A stretch of 64,000 bases of DNA from Polyangiaceae bacterium (lineage in GTDB: Bacteria; Myxococcota_A; Polyangia; Polyangiales; Polyangiaceae). The translations under genes and the position numbers were made by a program. Shown here in pieces: positions 9,401 through 19,569 of this stretch (its first letter is position 1; the number at the start of each line of letters is the position of its first letter). The stretch spans positions 192,001 through 256,000 of the forward strand of contig JBILLK010000003.1 in assembly GCA_044376115.1 (NCBI GenBank), written 5' to 3'. The notes below the pieces were generated by a model. It saw only the letters and a list, made by a program, of their open reading frames with translations, ran no database searches and had not been told where the DNA came from.

Positions 9401-11192
9401 AGCGACCGATCTTGGATTGGAGTCAGAGGCGGAAGTCGCGCGAAGGGCCCTGTTTGCGCTGTGGGCGGAGATGGTGCGCGGCCTCAGCCCGCTCCCGCGA
9501 AGCGCGTTCTACTCCAAACCCGAGCGAAAGCAGCTCGTCGAAGCTGCTGCCGGCGTCGCCCACGTCAGCGGTGCACCTGACCGGAGAGCGGCCGGCGATA
9601 ACAGTTCAAGCCACCCAGCGAGTGCACGCCAGGACATGCTTGAAAGGCTGATAGGAGCCTTTCGAAAGCTAAACTCGTCCCTCGAGTTCTCGGATCTAGT
9701 AGCGTTTGCGGTCGACGAGGCCATCGCGCTCACGGGAGCTGAACGTGGCTACATCTTGCTCGCCTCCGGAGACGGCGCGTTCAATGTTGCAGTGGCGCGA
9801 AACATGGATCGCGCAGCACTCACTGCGGAGGAGGAGAGCGTGAGCCGAACGATCGCTTTGGATGTAATTCGAAGTGAGCTGCCTCTGGTTACCGTCGACG
9901 CGCAATCAGACAATCGATTTCGATCCAATACCTCAGTTCACTCCATGCGACTCCGCTCTGTCATGGCGGTACCCATACGCTCGCCCGACGGCGTCCTAGG
10001 CGCTCTCTATCTCGATAATCGGTATGCCCACGCCCGCTTTTCCGAGGCACAGGTAGATCTGTTGATGGCGTTTGGAGACCAGGTTGCCTTAGCCCTCCGA
10101 AACGCACAGCAACTCGACCAGCTCAAGATGCAGACCGACCAACTCCGAGAAGCGCACGCCACCGTCAAGGCTTTGGCCAAGGGTCAGGCGCTTGAGATAG
10201 AGCGGCTGGAAGAGGAAGTTAAACGCCAACGCGCAAGTCTCGACTACCGCTTCGACTATTCGACTATCATCGGACGGAGCACCTCGTTGCGTCGCGTGCT
10301 CTCTACACTCGACCGCGTGATCGATTCACCCTTGTCGGTTCTGATCGGTGGAGAGAGCGGAACGGGCAAAGAACTCATCGCGCGCGCAATCCACGCCGGC
10401 TACCGAAAGGATCGGCCCTTCATCGGCCTCAACTGTGGTGCGCTGCCCGCATCAGTGCTTGAAAGCGAGCTCTTTGGTCACGTTAAGGGGGCATTCACCG
10501 GAGCAGACAAGGATCGGCATGGACTGATTGTTGCTGCCCACGGCGGAACCTTGTTTCTCGATGAACTCGGGGAAATGCCACTGGAGATTCAGGTCAAGTT
10601 GCTGCGCGTCCTTCAGGAGCGCGAAGTGCGGGCGGTGGGCTCAGAACGGTCTACCACGGTCGACTTTCGGCTCGTCTCGGCGACGAACCGAGATCTGCGA
10701 CTCGAGGTGCAGCGCGGTCGCTTTCGTGAGGATCTATTTTACCGAGTAGGCGTTGTCGAGGTCGTTCTGCCGCCGCTCCGTGAGCGAAAAGACGACCTGC
10801 CGGAGTTGGTCGCCTTTATGTTGGAGCGTGCGGCACGGGAGCTCAATCGGCCGCAACCCCGCCTGGATGTGAGCGCTTTGCGAAAACTCTACGACTACGA
10901 CTGGCCAGGCAATATCCGCCAGTTGCAGAATGTGGTGACCCGCGCTCTCGTGCTCTGCAACGGTAACGTGCTGGGACCAGCCGATATTGAGCTACCAGCA
11001 GCTGCAAACTCGTCCCAGGCAACGAAGCGGCGACCTTATCGCACCGCTCCAGAGCTTTCTGAGCGCGAGCGATTAATCGAAGCTCTGCGGGTTACACATT
11101 GGAATGTGGCACGTGCGGCCGACCACTTAGGGATGCCGCGCGCGACCTTCTATCGACGACTAAAGCTCTATAAGTTGGAACGGGCGCAATGA
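6408..11192 (+). CDS. Ser/Thr kinase - AAA/STAND ATPase - TPR - GAF - sigma54 activator (Fis HTH) fusion
   Basis: [29 protein letters not shown]-like helices; GAF (LGALYLDNR); [36 protein letters not shown]-terminal HTH. Confidence 0.92.
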   Translation: MGLMEHWEQGDRLLGGRYRFVRRLGAGGLADAFEVFDEAAGTVRCLKLLHQELEPETQWLRREFDLLRGLHHPNLVEVHDFGRVRIDSIPRAFLTTTLVRGTTLESALERRPMWAEVKSAFADGLRGLAYLHRVGMRHGDFKEANLMLESERGRGVLIDLSCADRLISRASGAGTQKYMAPELQPGRRVDAQADVYAVGVTLSQMAERLSDGEQLKGLAARLCQHDPAARPHGIEAVLEALDEDLHQRAYVPVSSPTFLGRASELRDVVLLAEDVVRAKTGPRIVQIAGPSGVGRSRFLREIKWSLTSLLDVVEGYAEQPQSIQAMLTRATGLTLPASNLAALQAVNALASRQSAVALVLDDADKLEADQRELFEVLTRTIEAHQPLLIVFTTKQPSNELDDQQRTFVLEPLTREQVGQWLEVCGHSAKGLYDKIGGHPADIERGIRALHHGTPPTELEGAVAEGRIASSTPPADCRRLVALLALSHTPLPTEALLHLAELTVLPDAFFDLGTQKTAQGWTLVVKPPQESVVSWIGAHEANALHVRLAQYALELAPTLGSAGFARAAWHFFSAGQLPRAIGLFESKKQQRELLPRPWVKLAERVPKDSESAPSAAKTLLLAGEPSRALDLLGATSSSYSPEVRLIRAECQLELGDTQACISTLEQESFGDSEQDARAQLLKARAALRLGYNEQAAACAEAGLAIQPPTRQRGELHECAGVAALYLGKYEQAKEQLNLAAQLGDHARDPKRLFRAVSYEAILAFRQGDMPRAMQGYRRAHTIAEDNGIVDQLARTSLNLGSALHQEASYAEALVQYERGERLARALGQRDLLLVFACNSAKLHADLFDLDRAETQATRLRVRAERDGAKFFVAAADTVLAEVQEGRRHLAESYHLHAQAKQTLAELGAHREALEEEVELARVAVARGLIADARGHLATVQRAQLPHDIEVKSLVVSSDLARAENESERAHALLAKAQLKAEKLHQPAVLALVLGRLVRTATDLGLESEAEVARRALFALWAEMVRGLSPLPRSAFYSKPERKQLVEAAAGVAHVSGAPDRRAAGDNSSSHPASARQDMLERLIGAFRKLNSSLEFSDLVAFAVDEAIALTGAERGYILLASGDGAFNVAVARNMDRAALTAEEESVSRTIALDVIRSELPLVTVDAQSDNRFRSNTSVHSMRLRSVMAVPIRSPDGVLGALYLDNRYAHARFSEAQVDLLMAFGDQVALALRNAQQLDQLKMQTDQLREAHATVKALAKGQALEIERLEEEVKRQRASLDYRFDYSTIIGRSTSLRRVLSTLDRVIDSPLSVLIGGESGTGKELIARAIHAGYRKDRPFIGLNCGALPASVLESELFGHVKGAFTGADKDRHGLIVAAHGGTLFLDELGEMPLEIQVKLLRVLQEREVRAVGSERSTTVDFRLVSATNRDLRLEVQRGRFREDLFYRVGVVEVVLPPLRERKDDLPELVAFMLERAARELNRPQPRLDVSALRKLYDYDWPGNIRQLQNVVTRALVLCNGNVLGPADIELPAAANSSQATKRRPYRTAPELSERERLIEALRVTHWNVARAADHLGMPRATFYRRLKLYKLERAQ

Positions 11193-11232
11193 TCGGACAT
11201 ATTGCGCCGAGTCTCACGGCACCCTTCATGCT

Positions 11233-12900
11233 CTAGGGGGTAGAGCTACCTAGATAATAGGTTTCCTCGTCGCTGAAGACTTGAGCCAGGGCATCCCCTT
11301 GGGTAACGGCCCAGGAATAGTCAGTAGGAAAGTTGTTGCGCAGCAAGGTGTTCCCACCCCCTGGTAGTGCCAGGACGTCCTCGCTGCGGAGCTTCGTGCC
11401 GGCGTGTTGGTGACAGCCAATGCAGTTACTGTCCGCGTTCCCATGGCCCAGCTCAATATAGGGGTTGGAACACCAACTGGGAGTTCCTGGTCCAGCGTAA
11501 ACTGCTTTGAGCGCTTCGCCCAATGACGGATGCGTCTGGGAGTACCCGCCTGACGGATCAAGGTCTTGCTCCTCAAACGCGGTCACCGCGCACATCTTGT
11601 AATTCGCCCAAGGCCCAGCAAGGGAAGCTGGCCGATCCGCGCCAAAATCGCTATCGGGCGACTCCGACCAAAAGAGCGTGACCCAGAGCCAATGGTCCAA
11701 TTCCTTGGTCATAACGTGCAGAGCGGCCAGGCGATAGTGAGCGCCATTCGGAAGCGTCAGCGTATAAATGTCGTCCGAAGTCGGGTTTACCTCGCCATCG
11801 GCGAGGTCCCACGAAACTTCGCCAGTCAAGCGTTGCTCGAGCGCGTCCGCTGACGTGCTGAACTTCGGCATTGTGAGTTCAAAGTCGGCTCGCCTGTAGT
11901 CCGCTTTGATCACCACCGCATCATTGGGGAAGGCCCCGTCCAAACAGGCCGACCACGGTGGATGTTGGCTCTCGAGATATACGGTGACCACAGACTCGAC
12001 AGCGCGCTCCGAGTTGACGAGTACGTCGACGGTTGCTGGCCCAGAGATGGTGCACACCGAGCCAGGCGCCGTGCGGCACTCTTTGCTCTCCGAGCGCAGG
12101 ATGAGCTCCGCCGCGTCGCCTTCCTCGAGTGTGACCTGAAGCGATTCGTCCTCCTTGACCGCGTAAGTGCCTATGGCGGTGGTTTCACATGCGGCGGCGC
12201 TAAAGGGCTCCCGCGCCAGTTCTATCCGTTGAACGGGGCCGAGTTCACGCTCCGGGGGAGGGCCGGAACTACGGCACTCCAGGATTTCCGGGTAGCTTCG
12301 TAAGAGGTGACGAGCCGCGCCGGGGCTGTACGCTACGCGAGATATGCCGGCCAGGCCGTTGACTTCGGAGGCGTCACTTACGTCCTCGAGGTACTGCTGA
12401 TAGCGCTCTGCTGGCCAGTTCGGCAGGCCGTCAACTGCGACGAGATTCCATTCGAACGCGTTATCCAAGGACTCAGCGGGGAAACGTGAGCGCGCGCGCT
12501 TCTGCTCGAGTGGTAACGCGCCATAGAGTTCATGGAAAACGCGTCGAAGATCCCCGAGGTCGTACCACGTTTGGAAGCGGGGTATTGCCGCGTTGGAGAC
12601 GTTTGGAAGTGGCTCCGACAGCGGGACAGGCGCGATGACTTTTGCGATGGTGCTCCAGCCGAGCTCCCGGCGGAGCTTTTGCGAGCCTGCCAGCTCCGCT
12701 TCACGCGCGCGGAGCAGCCCGTCCGCCGGGTAGCCTGATGCCTCGCCGACGATCTTCCGGTCTGCCGCGGTTAGTGCAGCCTGACTTGTTGTTAGTGAAC
12801 AGACTTCCGGCTCCTTGGGTGGAGCCTGCGCCGACTCACAAGCGACGAGTACGAGCGCCATCAAACAGGAAGATAGAGCGCTCGTTCCCGGCTTGTTCAC
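11233..12900 (-). CDS. Hypothetical lipoprotein with C-terminal c-type heme motif
   Basis: Likely GTG start at 12900, 4 nt after the upstream stop; LVAC lipobox; LHVMTKELDHWLWVTLFW, CSNPYIE, NCIGCHQH. Confidence 0.75.
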   Translation of the reverse strand: MNKPGTSALSSCLMALVLVACESAQAPPKEPEVCSLTTSQAALTAADRKIVGEASGYPADGLLRAREAELAGSQKLRRELGWSTIAKVIAPVPLSEPLPNVSNAAIPRFQTWYDLGDLRRVFHELYGALPLEQKRARSRFPAESLDNAFEWNLVAVDGLPNWPAERYQQYLEDVSDASEVNGLAGISRVAYSPGAARHLLRSYPEILECRSSGPPPERELGPVQRIELAREPFSAAACETTAIGTYAVKEDESLQVTLEEGDAAELILRSESKECRTAPGSVCTISGPATVDVLVNSERAVESVVTVYLESQHPPWSACLDGAFPNDAVVIKADYRRADFELTMPKFSTSADALEQRLTGEVSWDLADGEVNPTSDDIYTLTLPNGAHYRLAALHVMTKELDHWLWVTLFWSESPDSDFGADRPASLAGPWANYKMCAVTAFEEQDLDPSGGYSQTHPSLGEALKAVYAGPGTPSWCSNPYIELGHGNADSNCIGCHQHAGTKLRSEDVLALPGGGNTLLRNNFPTDYSWAVTQGDALAQVFSDEETYYLGSSTP

Positions 12901-12904
12901 GGCC

Positions 12905-14851
12905 TTAGTTTGCCGCCTCGACCACGAGAGCCGCGTCACTTGCAACGATGTACTCTTGGTTCTGCCCAGAGGGCCGGACAATAAAGTAAATCCACCCGTC
13001 CGAGCGGAAGTGGGGGAAGAGAGCGTACTGGCCCGGCTGCATGTGAGTGATTCGGCGGGTAAGGCCCGTCAGTAGATCCATCAAGTAAATGTTGGCGGCT
13101 CCCTGTTGTGCGTACGCAAGGAACGCCGGGTCACTTGGACCCGTGAAGCCAAGCTCCACAGCGTCTTCATCGCTCACGTAGCGGTGAATAACAGCCCAGC
13201 GCTCATCAAACGAGATGCCCGGCTTGCCGCCGTTGAAGCAGTACCGTGCGACCTCAGGGGCAACGACGTCATAGGTGTTGCCATTCGGCGTTGCTGTGAG
13301 CTTCCGCAATCGAAAGCCGTTCTGATTCCAGTTCTGGCCAGCTACCCGACCCATGAGGAGCGCACTCGAAGGCGACATGACCGTGTCCCCTTCATAAGGG
13401 GTTGGAATTGAGAGGGTGGCTTTAGGCACGAAGTCCGTCCCGTTGTTGATCATCGGGGTTAGGTCGACGTTGGAGCCCTGATTGAAGAAGGCCGCAGGGT
13501 TGCCCGGGGTGAACTGATGGCCGCCGTCATCGCTGACGAAGGAGCCGTCCACTGCCCAGTAGTCACCGCCACCGAGGGCTGCGCCGATATGCTGATAGAG
13601 GCCGACCTGGCTGGCCCCGCTGCACTCGGGCTCATTGAAGCTGACGCTCTGCGGGGAGGAAGTCAGCAGGGTCTGAAGGCAGATGCCCGTACCCTGCGGG
13701 GTGCCTTGGAACATGAACGCCGAGTTGTCCGGAAAGAACCCGGGATCGTAGGCTGCCTGCGCAGGGATCTTTGTGTTGTTCAGTAGGTCAACGATGCTGG
13801 AACCGAGCTGGCTCCCGCCGCCGTGGCCAACGAAACGCCCATCTGCTGAGCTGCGCGTCCAGTAGGAGGAGGAGAAATTGTTGGTCCGAAGGATGCGGAG
13901 TTTTGCGTTCGGGAAGTGCTCCCAACCGGCGCCAAACGCTTGGCTGCTCGCGAGCGGGTAGGTGGAGAGGCATCCGAGTGCGTCGGGAGCTCCAGCGCAG
14001 CCGAACATGAGCAGGCCATTCTCTGCATTGGCGGCGCGCCAACCCGTTGTCGCCATTGCATTGATGTGTTGCGCCACCTCAGGACCGATGCTCGGCATAC
14101 AGCCACCCGGGGGCGGCTCTTCCGGCACGAACTCTTCCAAGAAGGGGAGACCGCGCGCAAACCACTCGGCCACGATGTCGAACTCATTCTGGCTGAAGCC
14201 CTCGGTGAGTTTGGGCATACCAACCTTGATCTTGAAGTTCTCGTGCGGTCCCGCGCCGACGTTGTCGTAAACGCGATTGAATAGCGTTGTAAACCAATCG
14301 AGGTGTGCAGCAGCGGCGTAGATACCAAGCTTGGAGGTCGTGTACGGAGACTCAAGCACCTCAGGCTTCTGGCGGAAACAAGCTAAGACTTCCTCCGCGT
14401 CGGGCTTGGTGAGTAGCGAGGTGTCAGCGAAGCAGCCGCCCTCGGCTGTCACGGTTAGGTCTTTCCAGTGATTGAGCAGGCCCGAGTTGAGTGCGTGACA
14501 CTTAGTGCATGTGGTGTTGGTCGCACCAAGAGGCTGATAGCCCATTAGGATGAGCGACTCATAGGCGAGCTGATCATCCGACATATTGTCGATTGGGTTG
14601 CGGAGCGGGGGTGCGGGCGGGAACCCCATGCCGCCTTCACCGCCCATCCCAGCCACGCCACCGCCCTCACCTCCGAGCCCGCCTGCGCCGCCGTTGGTCC
14701 CAGCGCCGTTGCCAGCCGTACCACCCGAGGCGCCCGATCCCCCACCTCCCGAGGAGGTGTCATCACCGCAAGCCGCCAAAGCGGTAGCGGAGGCGAGCGT
14801 GAGGCAAATTGCGGCGTAACGGTGTGCGCGAAACTTGGGGGCTAGGTTCAC
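12905..14851 (-). CDS. Hypothetical lipoprotein: Gly linker, CxxCH motif, TolB-like beta-propeller
   Basis: LAACGDD lipobox; CTKCH; blade-like repeats SADGRFV, FFPDNSAF, SFDERWAV, FRSDGWIYF. Confidence 0.75.
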   Translation of the reverse strand: MNLAPKFRAHRYAAICLTLASATALAACGDDTSSGGGGSGASGGTAGNGAGTNGGAGGLGGEGGGVAGMGGEGGMGFPPAPPLRNPIDNMSDDQLAYESLILMGYQPLGATNTTCTKCHALNSGLLNHWKDLTVTAEGGCFADTSLLTKPDAEEVLACFRQKPEVLESPYTTSKLGIYAAAAHLDWFTTLFNRVYDNVGAGPHENFKIKVGMPKLTEGFSQNEFDIVAEWFARGLPFLEEFVPEEPPPGGCMPSIGPEVAQHINAMATTGWRAANAENGLLMFGCAGAPDALGCLSTYPLASSQAFGAGWEHFPNAKLRILRTNNFSSSYWTRSSADGRFVGHGGGSQLGSSIVDLLNNTKIPAQAAYDPGFFPDNSAFMFQGTPQGTGICLQTLLTSSPQSVSFNEPECSGASQVGLYQHIGAALGGGDYWAVDGSFVSDDGGHQFTPGNPAAFFNQGSNVDLTPMINNGTDFVPKATLSIPTPYEGDTVMSPSSALLMGRVAGQNWNQNGFRLRKLTATPNGNTYDVVAPEVARYCFNGGKPGISFDERWAVIHRYVSDEDAVELGFTGPSDPAFLAYAQQGAANIYLMDLLTGLTRRITHMQPGQYALFPHFRSDGWIYFIVRPSGQNQEYIVASDAALVVEAAN

Positions 14852-14903
14852 TTGATTCTCCGACTTGCTAATGCCCGAAGGCGGGGCAAGCGATCAGAAA
14901 GAG

Positions 14904-14926
14904 GTGCAGGAAGACTGCACTTTTTT
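14904..14926. terminator. Short hairpin with T-tract between cyp51 and the heme-lipoprotein pair
   Basis: GTGCAG-GAAGA-CTGCAC-TTTTTT. The T-tract is on the + strand, so it is weak for the minus-strand genes. Confidence 0.3.
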
Positions 14927-15010
14927 AGTGTAACGAAGGAAGCTTCGAGCGGGGCTTTGATCTGCTTTGAGGACGATGAAAATGACCGTGGAACCTCGGT
15001 CAACAGCCGC

Positions 15011-16699
15011 TCAGTCCTCAATGACGCGGATGGCCTTGGAGGGGCAATAACGTTCAGCGGCCTTGGCTTGCTCGTATTGATCCGGTCCGGGGTTTGGCTT
15101 TAGAAGACGGCTTTTCCCGAGGCCGCTGACGCGAAAAACCTCGGGTGCTTCTCCCTGGCAAGCCGCGTGTCCTTGGCACAGGTCCAAGTCCAGCGAGACG
15201 CGGAAGCTCTTCGGTGTGGAGACTGTCGCCGTTTGCTCCACCGCTGGAGCGGCGGGAACAGCTTGCGGTGCTACTGCTACTTCTGCCACTCCTGCCGCAC
15301 TGCGCACAGCGACCCGCCTGCGGTAGCGCATGCGCACTGGCTCTTTGGGACCCACCACCAGACCGTGGAAGTCGCTGCCCTTGTGGGGCTCACTCAGCTC
15401 GAACTCGTAACGGCGCAGCAGGATGCTGAGGATGGCTTTGACCTGAAGGATGGCAAACGCGTTGCCCATACACTTATGACGCCCACCGCCGAATGGGATG
15501 TAGGCGAAGTCTCGCTTGTCTTCCGACCGCGGGGGGGCAAAGCGATCTGGATCGAAGACGTGGGGATTCTTGAAGAACTCCGGGAGCAGGTGCGAAGCGG
15601 TCGGGGAAAGCAGAATCCACGTACCCTTCTCGATGAAGAAGTCCTTGTAGACGAAGTCCTTCATTGCCACGCGCACCAGCATGAACAGCGGGGGATGCAG
15701 ACGCAGCGTCTCGAGCACCACGTACTCGGTTAGTGGGACATTGCGCAGCGTGAGGAAGCCAACCTCGGTGCCGTCCGAGAAGTTGGCGTCAAGCTCCTCC
15801 AAAACCTTGGATAGATATTCAGGGTGCTGCACGAGCTCTATGATGGCCCAAGCCGTAGTCACGGAGCTCGTGTGGTGGCCGGCGAACATGGCGGCGATCA
15901 GCATGCCGGAGATCTCGAACTCGTTGAGGGGAGCGCCGCTCTTGTAGCGAGCGTCCATCAGCGTCTGCAGGAAGTCTTCACCCTCTCGGCCGGACTTGCG
16001 CCGATCTTCAATCAGCTTGGTGACCATCTCCTCGAGCCGGACGCGCGCACGATCTCGTTCGCGGAACGACGGCAAAGGCAAGTGCGCGTTGAGGTAAGCC
16101 ACCGGCGTGACCCCGCGCTCTAGCGACTGATAGACGCGCGCAAACTCGTCGGTCATGCCTGTGCGGAACTCATTGCCAAGCAGGCAGTGGCTCGAGGTGA
16201 AGTTGGTCAGAACGCGGCAGAAGTCGACGAGGTCGATCTCCCCCTGGTCTCCCCAGTTCTTGATCATGCCTTCGACCTCGCGGACGATGATCTCCCCGTA
16301 GGTGCGCATGCGCTTGTCCTTGAGCGCTGGCAGCAGCATCTTGAGCTGCTCGTTCATCTTGTCGGGTGGAGCGTCGTAGACCATGCCCTTGCCGAACACC
16401 GGCGTCATGATCTTGTAGGCCTCGGCGGGGTTGAGGTGCTCATCCGGAGCGCGGAAAACCGCCTCATGCGCGTCGGGACCGAAGACTGCGACCATCTTCT
16501 TTCCGAGCACGTCGATCGAGCAGATCTCCCCGTGTTCGGCGGCCGCTCGCGACAGCATACCCATCGCATCACGCACGAAGTCGGCGGTGTGTCCGACGAC
16601 GGGGAGCCCGCCCGAGAGCTTCGGCGGGAGCCGTAGCCCCTCGGGAATCGCTGCCTTGGTCTTACGAAAGATCGCCGGAACGAGCGGGTCCAGATTCAT
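15011..16699 (-). CDS. cyp51: Sterol 14-alpha-demethylase CYP51 fused to a C-terminal [3Fe-4S]-type ferredoxin
   Basis: AYKIMTPVFGKG, AGHHTS I-helix, ETLRLHPP, FDPDRF, FGGGRHKCMG; Ala/Pro linker; DLDLCQGHAAC...YCPSKAI. Confidence 0.88.
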   Translation of the reverse strand: MNLDPLVPAIFRKTKAAIPEGLRLPPKLSGGLPVVGHTADFVRDAMGMLSRAAAEHGEICSIDVLGKKMVAVFGPDAHEAVFRAPDEHLNPAEAYKIMTPVFGKGMVYDAPPDKMNEQLKMLLPALKDKRMRTYGEIIVREVEGMIKNWGDQGEIDLVDFCRVLTNFTSSHCLLGNEFRTGMTDEFARVYQSLERGVTPVAYLNAHLPLPSFRERDRARVRLEEMVTKLIEDRRKSGREGEDFLQTLMDARYKSGAPLNEFEISGMLIAAMFAGHHTSSVTTAWAIIELVQHPEYLSKVLEELDANFSDGTEVGFLTLRNVPLTEYVVLETLRLHPPLFMLVRVAMKDFVYKDFFIEKGTWILLSPTASHLLPEFFKNPHVFDPDRFAPPRSEDKRDFAYIPFGGGRHKCMGNAFAILQVKAILSILLRRYEFELSEPHKGSDFHGLVVGPKEPVRMRYRRRVAVRSAAGVAEVAVAPQAVPAAPAVEQTATVSTPKSFRVSLDLDLCQGHAACQGEAPEVFRVSGLGKSRLLKPNPGPDQYEQAKAAERYCPSKAIRVIED

Positions 16700-16783
16700 G
16701 GAGCGGCTCGTACCAACGTCCCTGCCCGGCCGAAATGAGAAACGGAAAAGCCGGGCAGGGCACCTTGGCAAAGGGCTGGGACG

Positions 16784-18166
16784 TCAGGCGTGAGCGACGC
16801 GCTGTGCCAAGAAATCGATCAGGTCGATCTTGGAGATCAGGCCCACGATGGTTGCTCCGTCCATCACCAGGACGATCTTCGCGTCGTTCATCACGTTCTT
16901 GAGCAGCTCCACCTTGGTCTCTTGCGTGACGGTCGCGTAGTCACTCTCGACCATCTCGGTGATGGGGGTGTCTTGGGTCTTGCCGGAAACCAGCGCCTTC
17001 AGCAGGTCACTCTCATGAATCAGTCCGCGCAGACGGTCATCATCGACCACCGGCAATTGACTGATTCCGAAGCTCTTGAGCTTAGTGACCACGGCGAGAA
17101 TGGAATCACTGCTCGACGCCGTTTCCACCTTGTTGTGCCCGCCCTTGAGCGCCAATAGGTCCTTCACGGTACCAAGGCCCGGGCTATCATCTCCAAGGAA
17201 GCCGTTCTCGCGCATCCACTCGTCGTTGAAGATTTTAGAAATATATTTAGAGGCGCCGTCGGCAAGCATCACCAGGATGTTCTCTTTCTTTCCGGTGGCC
17301 TTGGCGTACTTGATGGCACCCGCGACGGCGGCTCCGCCTGACCCGCCGACGAACAAGCCCTCGAGCCGCACGAGGTCACGGGTCATCAAGAAGCACTCGC
17401 GGTCATCCACGCGCACGACTTCGTCGATGATGTCGAGATTGCAGGTCGACGGGAAGAAGTCCTCCCCGATGCCCTCAACCTTGTAGCCGAAGGGCTTTGT
17501 AATGCGCTTATCCTTGATGAAGTCGTAATAGAGTGAACCGACCGGATCGACGCCGAGCAACTTGATATTCGGCTTGCGCTCCTTCAGGAACTTGCCGCTG
17601 CCGCTGATGGTGCCGCCCGTCCCGAGGCCTGCGACCAAGACGTCCAACTCAGAGCCGCATTGCTCCCAGATCTCCGGACCGGTTGACTTGTAGTGCGCGG
17701 CCGGGTTGTCCGGGTTGTGGTACTGATTGGCGTAAAACGAGTTCGGCGTCTCGTTCGCGATCTTCTTGGAGACTTGATAGTAGCTGCGCGGATCTTCCGG
17801 CTCGACGGCGGTAGGGCAGAGCACCACGCGAGCGCCGAGTGCGCGAAGCGTGCCGACTTTCTCCTGGCTCATCTTGTCCGGCATGATGAAGACGCACTTG
17901 TAACCACGTACGGCCGCCATCATGGCGAGCGCTGCGCCGGTGTTGCCGCTGGTGGCCTCAACGATCGTCCCGCCCGGCTTGAGACCGCGGGATTCCGCTT
18001 CCTGAATCATGTTGCGAGCCACGCGGTCTTTGTGGCTGCCCATCGGGTTGAGGTACTCGCACTTGACGTAAATGTCGGCCGCAACCCCTTCGGTCACCTT
18101 GTTGAGCTTTACAATCGGCGTATTGCCGACAGCCTGCGTGATGTCACTCTTCGCGCTGCGCATCAT
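16784..18166 (-). CDS. cbs: Cystathionine beta-synthase (PLP enzyme with C-terminal CBS pair)
   Basis: VGNTP, KCEYLNPMGSHKDR, EATSGNTG, NQYHNPDN, GLGTGGT, YKVEGIGEDF, ISQLPVVD. Confidence 0.9.
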   Translation of the reverse strand: MMRSAKSDITQAVGNTPIVKLNKVTEGVAADIYVKCEYLNPMGSHKDRVARNMIQEAESRGLKPGGTIVEATSGNTGAALAMMAAVRGYKCVFIMPDKMSQEKVGTLRALGARVVLCPTAVEPEDPRSYYQVSKKIANETPNSFYANQYHNPDNPAAHYKSTGPEIWEQCGSELDVLVAGLGTGGTISGSGKFLKERKPNIKLLGVDPVGSLYYDFIKDKRITKPFGYKVEGIGEDFFPSTCNLDIIDEVVRVDDRECFLMTRDLVRLEGLFVGGSGGAAVAGAIKYAKATGKKENILVMLADGASKYISKIFNDEWMRENGFLGDDSPGLGTVKDLLALKGGHNKVETASSSDSILAVVTKLKSFGISQLPVVDDDRLRGLIHESDLLKALVSGKTQDTPITEMVESDYATVTQETKVELLKNVMNDAKIVLVMDGATIVGLISKIDLIDFLAQRVAHA

Positions 18167-18263
18167 GGCTTTGGATCTAACGGTGCCACACCCTGCCATC
18201 AACTAGATCCTTCCTGAGCATCCGAGCCCTTGCAGCGCGCTGCGCAAAAGGTACCGTTTGGGC

Positions 18264-19544
18264 ATGCGTTATCCCTTGGTTTCGGTTGGTGTGATGCTTC
18301 TGCTCGTGGCCTGCGGCGATAGTTCGAGCTCGGGCGGAGGTGGAAACTCGGGTCCGGGTGGCGGTGGCAGTGGCGCCACCTCAGCAGGGGGCAGTGGCGG
18401 TGGTGGTGGCGACGGCGGTAGCGGCGCAACCGGTGGCGGCGGGGGGATCCCCGGCAACTACGATTGTACCGCCTCGGTTGGAGAACCCCCGGACCTGCGC
18501 TTGACCGAGATCGTTCAAGTGAATGAGCCGACGCAGGCCAAATCACCTCCCGGGCAATCCGGCCTGCTATTTGTCTCGGAGAAGGCCGGGCGCATTCAGA
18601 TCGTTGAAAACGGCGTATTGCGACCCGAGCCGTTCCTCGACATCTCGGACCTGGTTATCAACGACAGTGAGCTTGGCTTCCTCGGCTTTGCCTTCCACCC
18701 GAACTACGCCGAGAACGGTCGCTTCTTTGTTCACTACTCCGACGTCAGCAACCAAGATTCAGTGGTTGCTGAGTACGTACGGAGCGACCCTTACACTGCT
18801 TCTCCAACCGCCGTGGCTGAGGTGCTGCGTCACTACACCGATGAGTCCAATCACAATGGTGGTGCCGTTGAGTTTGGGGCCGACGGCTACCTGTATATCT
18901 CGCTCGGTGACGGTGGCGCGCAGGGGGACCCTGGCTGCGATGCTCTGAACCCCGAGAATCTGCTTGGCAAGATCAGCCGCATTGACGTGGACGCGGCGGG
19001 CTACCCTGCGGCTCCGGGCAACCCCGACGGCAATAAGCAGTACCACATTGGTATGCGCAATCCGTGGCGCATCACCTTCGATGCTTGCGATGGCACGCTG
19101 TACATCGGGGATGTCGGTCAGAACGAAATCGAGGAGGTCAGTGTGGCCGGACCCGACGCCGGGCCGCTCAACTTCGGCTGGCCTGTAAAAGAGGGCACTC
19201 AACCTTATGGTGATAGTTGCGGCTTCCCTGCCGATAACCTCGTAGACCCGATTGCCGAGTACGCGCACGGTGGCGGCGGAATCTGCGGTGCAGGCGCCGG
19301 TTCTATCTCGGGTGGCTATGTCTATCGCGGAGCCAATATTCAAGGGCTGCGCGGCTGGTACATCTATGGGGACTTTTGCACGGGCAACATCTACCGCCTT
19401 AAGTATGAGAACGGCGCTGTGACCGGCGCAGTAGTGGATGCCGGCTTCAGTCTTCCGGGCGTCTCAGCATTTGGCCAAGATGGTTATGGCGAGATGTACG
19501 CGCTCGAGTTGGACGGGCGCGTTTACCGTATTGACGCAGAGTAG
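18264..19544 (+). CDS. PQQ-dependent sugar (glucose/sorbosone) dehydrogenase family lipoprotein, paralog 1
   Basis: LVACGD lipobox, Gly linker; ELGFLGFAFHPNY, NHNGG, LGDGG, GMRNPWR, GDVGQ, NFGWP. Confidence 0.88.
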   Translation: MRYPLVSVGVMLLLVACGDSSSSGGGGNSGPGGGGSGATSAGGSGGGGGDGGSGATGGGGGIPGNYDCTASVGEPPDLRLTEIVQVNEPTQAKSPPGQSGLLFVSEKAGRIQIVENGVLRPEPFLDISDLVINDSELGFLGFAFHPNYAENGRFFVHYSDVSNQDSVVAEYVRSDPYTASPTAVAEVLRHYTDESNHNGGAVEFGADGYLYISLGDGGAQGDPGCDALNPENLLGKISRIDVDAAGYPAAPGNPDGNKQYHIGMRNPWRITFDACDGTLYIGDVGQNEIEEVSVAGPDAGPLNFGWPVKEGTQPYGDSCGFPADNLVDPIAEYAHGGGGICGAGAGSISGGYVYRGANIQGLRGWYIYGDFCTGNIYRLKYENGAVTGAVVDAGFSLPGVSAFGQDGYGEMYALELDGRVYRIDAE

Positions 19545-19569
19545 TTGGTAAGTTGGGTAGGACCTTGCT

